Shown: positions 59,145 to 64,000 of the stretch, piece by piece | How positions within the stretch are numbered: position 1 is the first letter of the stretch | Layout of the letters: every line of letters starts with the position of its first letter | IMG/VR virus record: IMGVR_UViG_3300028886_000029 | Location: 238,007-302,006 of that record | Length of the DNA: 64,000 bases | Origin: a virus | Taxonomy: Duplodnaviria > Heunggongvirae > Uroviricota > Caudoviricetes | Reading direction: 5' to 3' (one strand) | Program-made: the position numbers and the translations under genes | The notes under the pieces: generated by a model | Told to the model about the DNA's origin: nothing | The model's database searches: none | What the model saw: the letters and a program-made list of their open reading frames with translations, nothing else

Positions 59145-59783
59145 ATGGCAAGAAAAAAGAAAAACTTCGGCTTTCAAAAATCCGTTATTGATGGAACTGA
59201 ACATATATTCGGTGCGTCAATGACCGAAGGTCTCCCATCGGAGTATTCATACAAAAAATATTTACCTGATGCTCTTAACCAAGGTTCAAACCCAATTTGT
59301 GTGCCTTGTTCATTATCGGCTTATATAAACTGGCAGTTAAATTTGAGTGATGGTTCCAAAAAAGACAATAAGGTCGCTTATTACGATATATTTAAAGCAA
59401 AAACAACTGAGACTGCCGATGAAGGCATGACATTTAAAGATGGTTTGAGGTACCTTCTTCATCACGGTGTTAAAACATCAAGCGGTTATTTCAGTATAAA
59501 AAGTTATGCGATGGTGAAAAATTTCCTGAGTCTTAAAAACGCAATAGTAATGAACGGTCCTTGTCTTGGCGCATTACCGGTATATAATTATAACGATAAG
59601 TTCTGGACAAAACTATATGGTGACACTCTTATGGGTTATCACGCAATAGCGATAGTCGGTTACGATAGTGAAGGTTTCATTATCAGAAATTCATGGGGAA
59701 AATCTTTCGGTAAAAACGGTTATACAACAATACCCTATGAGGATTTCAGTAAATTTGTTGAAATTTGGACAATTGTTGAGTAA
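59145..59783 (+). CDS. Papain-like C1 cysteine peptidase
   Basis: NQG....C, GYHAIAIVGY and IIRNSWG.SFG.NGY catalytic motifs. Confidence 0.85.
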   Translation: MARKKKNFGFQKSVIDGTEHIFGASMTEGLPSEYSYKKYLPDALNQGSNPICVPCSLSAYINWQLNLSDGSKKDNKVAYYDIFKAKTTETADEGMTFKDGLRYLLHHGVKTSSGYFSIKSYAMVKNFLSLKNAIVMNGPCLGALPVYNYNDKFWTKLYGDTLMGYHAIAIVGYDSEGFIIRNSWGKSFGKNGYTTIPYEDFSKFVEIWTIVE

Positions 59784-59787
59784 AAAG

Positions 59788-59817
59788 AAAAAGAGAGGTT
59801 TTTCACCTCTCTTTTTT
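59788..59817. terminator. Bidirectional terminator
   Basis: aaaaagagaggt...acctctctttttt. Confidence 0.8.
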
Positions 59818-59818
59818 A

Positions 59819-60496
59819 TTAAAACATTTTTAATAACTTCACACCAACATCGTGTTTTGGTACATATTCATTTTTGTTAAAATAGTAATGCCCATCAACT
59901 GATAAACCCCAGGACTGATTTACAAAAACACCTGCCTCAGCGGTAACGGATGGGAATGTGGTTCCACCTGCGCCCACATAAGGAAGTATTTTTCTTGTTC
60001 TATATTCGGTGTTTGTCACAACCTTTACTTTGGGAACAAAATCATAATACAATGTACCCAACCTGTTATATTGCACAGATGTGTTTAACTTAAAAGTACC
60101 AAGGGTATCATTATCAAACAACGTCTCTTTATATTCCCGTAAAGTCGCCCAATCAGCGATAAGTTTAAGTGTGTCCTCACTAGTCATATAAACAGTGTCT
60201 TTTATTTCCTTTATTTTTTCAGGAAACAACTCTTGATAAACACCGTCTTTTACCGCTTGCGCTATAATTTTAGCGACATCAACCGGTTCTTTGATGTAAA
60301 CAGGTACAGGTTTGTCAATACTGTCATGTATTGGTTTTGCCTCAACATATATGGTTTTTGTTATCTTTTTTACGGGTGTTGTCTTTTTACCCACATATAT
60401 TCCAAAAAGAAATATACCGACAATCCCAAGAACATAACCAATTAATTTCATGTTTTTTGGGGTGAAATATTTTTTTAAATCTTGTAGCATAAACAA
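59819..60496 (-). CDS. Membrane-anchored late protein (possible spanin-like)
   Basis: N-terminal TM helix and beta-rich C-terminus; late motif at 60507-60515. Confidence 0.45.
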   Translation of the reverse strand: MFMLQDLKKYFTPKNMKLIGYVLGIVGIFLFGIYVGKKTTPVKKITKTIYVEAKPIHDSIDKPVPVYIKEPVDVAKIIAQAVKDGVYQELFPEKIKEIKDTVYMTSEDTLKLIADWATLREYKETLFDNDTLGTFKLNTSVQYNRLGTLYYDFVPKVKVVTNTEYRTRKILPYVGAGGTTFPSVTAEAGVFVNQSWGLSVDGHYYFNKNEYVPKHDVGVKLLKMF

Positions 60497-60555
60497 AACA
60501 TTTTCAATAAATAGTTGATTTTGTCAATATTTTTTTGTATTTTTGTAAAAAAAAC

Positions 60556-60732
60556 ATGTTAGAAATAATATTAACTTATCTGATGGTTTTCAGTTGTTTA
60601 TTTGTTTTCAAGGAAATGTTTTGTTTCGGCAAAGCATTATTGACTGACGGAAATTATAAAATAACTGAGAAAAAATTGTTAAATCTAGGACTAACAATTT
60701 CGTATATAATAACATTTTTGATTTGTTCATAA
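60556..60732 (+). CDS. Small two-TM membrane protein
   Basis: 58-aa hydrophobic ORF after a TATTTTTG element. Confidence 0.5.
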   Translation: MLEIILTYLMVFSCLFVFKEMFCFGKALLTDGNYKITEKKLLNLGLTISYIITFLICS

Positions 60733-60747
60733 AAATTATTTGAGTCT

Positions 60748-61203
60748 ATGGCAAATAACATTAAAGACAGAATAGAGAAAATAAAAGAATATTTTAAAGG
60801 AATGAGAGTTGACACCGACAATGGTGAAAACGCTATTTATATTATTGTTCAATTCCCACCCAAATGGATTGTTGACAACACAATAGAAGAAAAATACGGT
60901 ATAAATGTAATTCAGGGTAATGAATATCCTGGACAATTTTATTTCTGCGCTGAAATGGAAGTCGGTTTTGATGTTCTTTTTGACGCGATAGAATATAGTA
61001 TTGACAAAATGCTGACCGCACAAGAAAGGGCAAGATTACTTAAAGAAAAAGCCGAAGAACTGAAGGAACTGTTTATTGATGAGACAATCCCAATAGAGGC
61101 ACTTAGGACATTGACATTCACTTACAAAACGGCCAAACCAAAAAAGGTCAGCAAAACCAAAAAAGAAGAAATAAAAACACAAGAAAATGATATTGAGGAA
61201 TGA
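60748..61203 (+). CDS. Hypothetical protein
   Basis: 151-aa ORF in the operon. Confidence 0.6.
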   Translation: MANNIKDRIEKIKEYFKGMRVDTDNGENAIYIIVQFPPKWIVDNTIEEKYGINVIQGNEYPGQFYFCAEMEVGFDVLFDAIEYSIDKMLTAQERARLLKEKAEELKELFIDETIPIEALRTLTFTYKTAKPKKVSKTKKEEIKTQENDIEE

Positions 61204-61619
61204 GTACAGGATTAATAATATTTATTTATAGTATATTCCTTTATGGAATTTCGTGGATGTTTGTTTACGCAAGCGGTCCATTCCGAATATTTGAACACGT
61301 TAGAAACATCAGTAATTCAATATCCGAACATTTCGGCCAATTGTTTCAATGTATGGTGTGTTTTCCAAGTAACTTGTCTTGGGTAATGTCATTAATTGAT
61401 TGGTTTTTCCTGCCCCAAGTAGCGATTACCCCATTTAATATATTGCTTAGCGGAACCGGTTTATGGTGGTTGGCGATTTTGATGGATATTGGTTTTGGTG
61501 CAGGCATTACTTGGACAATACATAATATCGTGGGTTTTTTTGAATCAATCGCCGAAGGAAACAATGCGGATGGCATAGAGGAAAATAATGAAGAAATAAT
61601 TGATGTCAGTGATGAATGA
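61200..61619 (+). CDS. Membrane protein (DUF1360-like)
   Basis: GPFRIFEHVR...LFQCMVC motif with TM segments. Confidence 0.55.
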   Translation: MSTGLIIFIYSIFLYGISWMFVYASGPFRIFEHVRNISNSISEHFGQLFQCMVCFPSNLSWVMSLIDWFFLPQVAITPFNILLSGTGLWWLAILMDIGFGAGITWTIHNIVGFFESIAEGNNADGIEENNEEIIDVSDE

Positions 61620-61935
61620 TGTTAACTCACTTAAACAAGACATAGCCAAAACCAAGGCTATAGTAAAGCAAGAACAGGTCATATTGAAAGACAAAGCCAA
61701 AAACGGAATGTTTGACGGTAGTGAAACAGTTCTGTCCGATAATAGGGATTACTTTCAAAACGCTCTTAAAAAACTCGAAAAAGAATATGTGTGGGATGAT
61801 GAGAACAAAACATATAAGCTAAAAACAGATAACAAACCAGAAACAAACACAGCGGTAATCAATCCCCAAAACATTAAGGCAACAAAAGCCTTTAAAGAAA
61901 AAATAAAAGAAAATATCAAAAAAATTTTCAAATGA
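61612..61935 (+). CDS. Hypothetical protein
   Basis: Overlapping ORF in the operon. Confidence 0.5.
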   Translation: MNDVNSLKQDIAKTKAIVKQEQVILKDKAKNGMFDGSETVLSDNRDYFQNALKKLEKEYVWDDENKTYKLKTDNKPETNTAVINPQNIKATKAFKEKIKENIKKIFK

Positions 61936-62426
61936 ACACAAACGAAGAACTATATAACCACCTCCTTTTTCAATTTGGATATAATAGCCAAAATCTGTTT
62001 CTGACAGAAACAAGAGGTTATGTTTCTGATATTGATGACGCTATTAATGTTTTGCTTGAAATGGTATCGTTACAGATTGAGACAACCATTAAAACACAAA
62101 CATCAATAACATACACATATACACAGGAAAAACTTAAATCCAAACTAAACACTTTTTTTGATGAATTTAGATTGACCCTCACAACACAATTTGACTCCAA
62201 AAAATCTTATTTAGGTGAATTTCACCCAAAATCAATTATGGAAAAAGATGAAAAAATTGTTTGTGTGCCTCGAGTGGAAATCAAAATATCCGCAAATAAT
62301 GTTAATGACTTGCGACAGGTTTTTGCCTTTGCTTGCGGTCATGAATTGACACACGGTTATAATCTTTTGCAATACGCCAAACAATATGGTGTTACGAAAA
62401 ATGTGCAAGAAAGCCCACTACTTTAG
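61932..62426 (+). pseudogene. HExxH protein interrupted by the IS element
   Basis: GHELTHGY motif as in 20785..21597; its last codons run into the IS left end. Confidence 0.55.
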
Positions 62427-63780
62427 TGGTGGGATGAATTGCACTACAAATATACATATTTTTTGTTAATAAACAAAACTTTTTGATTTTTCATACTATT
62501 TACAAGTAAATGATACAATATAGAACATATACAATAAGACTATTTCCAAACAAGGAACAGGAACAACAACTACAGAACCTACCCCTTGCAAGAAACACAT
62601 TGTATAACATTCTTATTGATATTGAGCAACAGACTTATAAAACAGCTGGCAAAATAAAAACTGAGTATGATTTAGATAAAGACATAACAGCACTAAGAAA
62701 ACAAACGCCATTGTTATTATGCCTTAATTCAAAAGCAAGCCAAAGGGTTGCTAAAGAAATATATTCATCATACAAATCATTTTTTAACCTTATTAAAAAG
62801 GATAACGCAGCAAAACCACCACAAAAACTACAAGATGTTAACCATTTTCATACCGTTGTCTATAACCAAACAGGTTGGAAATTCATTAATGATGAAACCT
62901 TAAAAATTAATGGTATTGTTGTTAATTACAAAGGGATTCCAGGTATTGACTATTCTAAGCAAACAATTAAAGAAGTTAAACTTAAATACCGTAATGGTAA
63001 ATATCTTCTTGATTTAGGCATTGAAAATTATGTTCAGGAAAAGGAAGAATTGACACAAGAAAACAAGGTGCTTGCAATTGACTTAGGGATTAAGAACCTA
63101 TGTAATGGTGTTGATAATCTGGGGAATGTTGTTATAATACCTAACAAAGCAAAAAAAATTAACACATACTTTAGAAAACAAATATCCAAAGTACAAAGTA
63201 AGATGGATAAATGTGCTAAAGGTAGCAATAGACATGAAAAGCTAAAAAAAGTAAAGAAAAAACTGTACAAACGAAAGGATGCACAGATAAAACAAACTCT
63301 ACATATTCAGAGTAAAAAATTAGTGAATATGAACTACAAAACAATTGTAGTAGGTGACTTAAGCGTAAAGAAACTCATGGAAAAGGGAAGTAACAAATTA
63401 ACGAAGACATCCAGGAGCTTCAGTGAAAGCGCGATAGCCACATTTATGGAATTTTTAACATATAAATGCCAAAACAGTAACACTGAGTTGGAAACCATTA
63501 ATGAGAAATGGACAACACAGCAGAATTGTTTAACGGGCAAGTTATTTAAAAATAAAGTAGAATTATCGGATAGGGTAGTTTATCTTTCAGATTCCATAGT
63601 AATTGACCGTGATTTGAATGCTGCAATTAATATATTGAAGCGATATGAACAGAATCACATTGCACTGCTGACAGTGCCATTGGATGTATCCAATGTGGTT
63701 AATAGGTATAACTTATTAACAAATATGTGTTCTTAAAATTGGTTAAGAACCCCACGATTTCAATCGTGGGAGTATGTCAG
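62396..63780 (+). mobile_element. IS200/IS605-family tnpB-only (IS1341-type) element
   Basis: Left end after TTAC with hairpin cccactac-ttta-gtggtggg followed by GATGAATT; right-end hairpin cccacgatt-tc-aatcgtggg ending agtatgtca(g); no tnpA. Exact ends are uncertain by a few nt. Confidence 0.8.
62510..63736 (+). CDS. tnpB: RNA-guided endonuclease TnpB
   Basis: N-terminal RLFPNKEQ, RuvC-I AIDLG, IVVGDL and RuvC-III DRDLNAAINI. Confidence 0.9.
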   Translation: MIQYRTYTIRLFPNKEQEQQLQNLPLARNTLYNILIDIEQQTYKTAGKIKTEYDLDKDITALRKQTPLLLCLNSKASQRVAKEIYSSYKSFFNLIKKDNAAKPPQKLQDVNHFHTVVYNQTGWKFINDETLKINGIVVNYKGIPGIDYSKQTIKEVKLKYRNGKYLLDLGIENYVQEKEELTQENKVLAIDLGIKNLCNGVDNLGNVVIIPNKAKKINTYFRKQISKVQSKMDKCAKGSNRHEKLKKVKKKLYKRKDAQIKQTLHIQSKKLVNMNYKTIVVGDLSVKKLMEKGSNKLTKTSRSFSESAIATFMEFLTYKCQNSNTELETINEKWTTQQNCLTGKLFKNKVELSDRVVYLSDSIVIDRDLNAAINILKRYEQNHIALLTVPLDVSNVVNRYNLLTNMCS

Positions 63781-63832
63781 GCTTGACGGAAAAAACATGA
63801 ACAATAATACAACAATTAAACAGTAAAACCAC

Positions 63833-64000
63833 ATGAAAATCAAAATTAAAAAACTAAATGATTTGGCTAAAACACCGGTTAAGGCGAAAGAAGGTGATTT
63901 TTGTTATGATGTGTGGGCAACATCAGTGGAAGAGATAGCACCCAATGTCTACAAATATGGAACAGGACTTGCGTTTGAAATTGTAAGAGATTATGAAACG
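63833..64000 (+). CDS. dut: dUTPase (5' part, truncated by the window edge)
   Basis: MKIKIKKLNDLAKTPVKAKEGDFCYDVWA...YGTGLAFEI matches the trimeric dUTPase motif 1 region. Confidence 0.75.
   Translation, partial: MKIKIKKLNDLAKTPVKAKEGDFCYDVWATSVEEIAPNVYKYGTGLAFEIVRDYET

Noticed and set aside
62396-63780. IStron (group I intron fused to IS605)
   Set aside because: The element may end in G, but only about 115 nt precede tnpB, too little for a group I ribozyme core.
1-64000. Stop-codon recoding (TAG=Gln, code 15) as in Lak megaphages
   Set aside because: Terminase, portal, capsid, Clp and RecD2 are full length in code 11, coding density is high, and the TAG stops fall at plausible protein ends (e.g. 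PhoH).
1-64000. tRNA or rRNA genes
   Set aside because: Intergenic gaps are short and AT-rich, and I saw no cloverleaf or T-loop GTTCGA context outside coding regions. A tRNAscan run would be needed to be certain.

Overview
This 64-kb AT-rich window comes from a large T4-like (jumbo/huge) tailed phage read in standard code 11. The host is most likely a Bacteroidota species, because several exact TTTG-N19-20-TAnnTTTG promoters are present. It holds the head morphogenesis core (portal, neck, terminase, gp23-like major capsid, scaffold, prohead protease), replication/recombination and host-takeover genes (PhoH, RuvC-like resolvase, Rad50/gp46, sigma70, ClpB/C, RecD2, IF-1, Hsp20, dUTPase), Hef/Vsr-type homing endonucleases and a tnpB-only IS200/IS605 element. 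No CRISPR array, tRNA or reverse transcriptase was seen. Three signals stand out. (1) A conserved 29-bp palindrome with a compensatory change occurs four times and has the putative late promoter at its centre. Three copies head dispersed BspA/TpLRR-repeat genes; the fourth is an empty site with the central base flipped. (2) About 14 unrelated proteins (ArdA, pyrophosphatase-like, glucosaminidase, ART-like, metallopeptidase, a nucleotidyltransferase polyprotein) share short N-terminal leaders ending in [ILV]-x-E. One leader class matches the scaffold C-terminus, which suggests a capsid-cargo addressing system. (3) The putative late promoter ACTATTTAT is the reverse complement of the T4 late promoter. 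All functional calls come from motif recognition by eye; no database searches were run.
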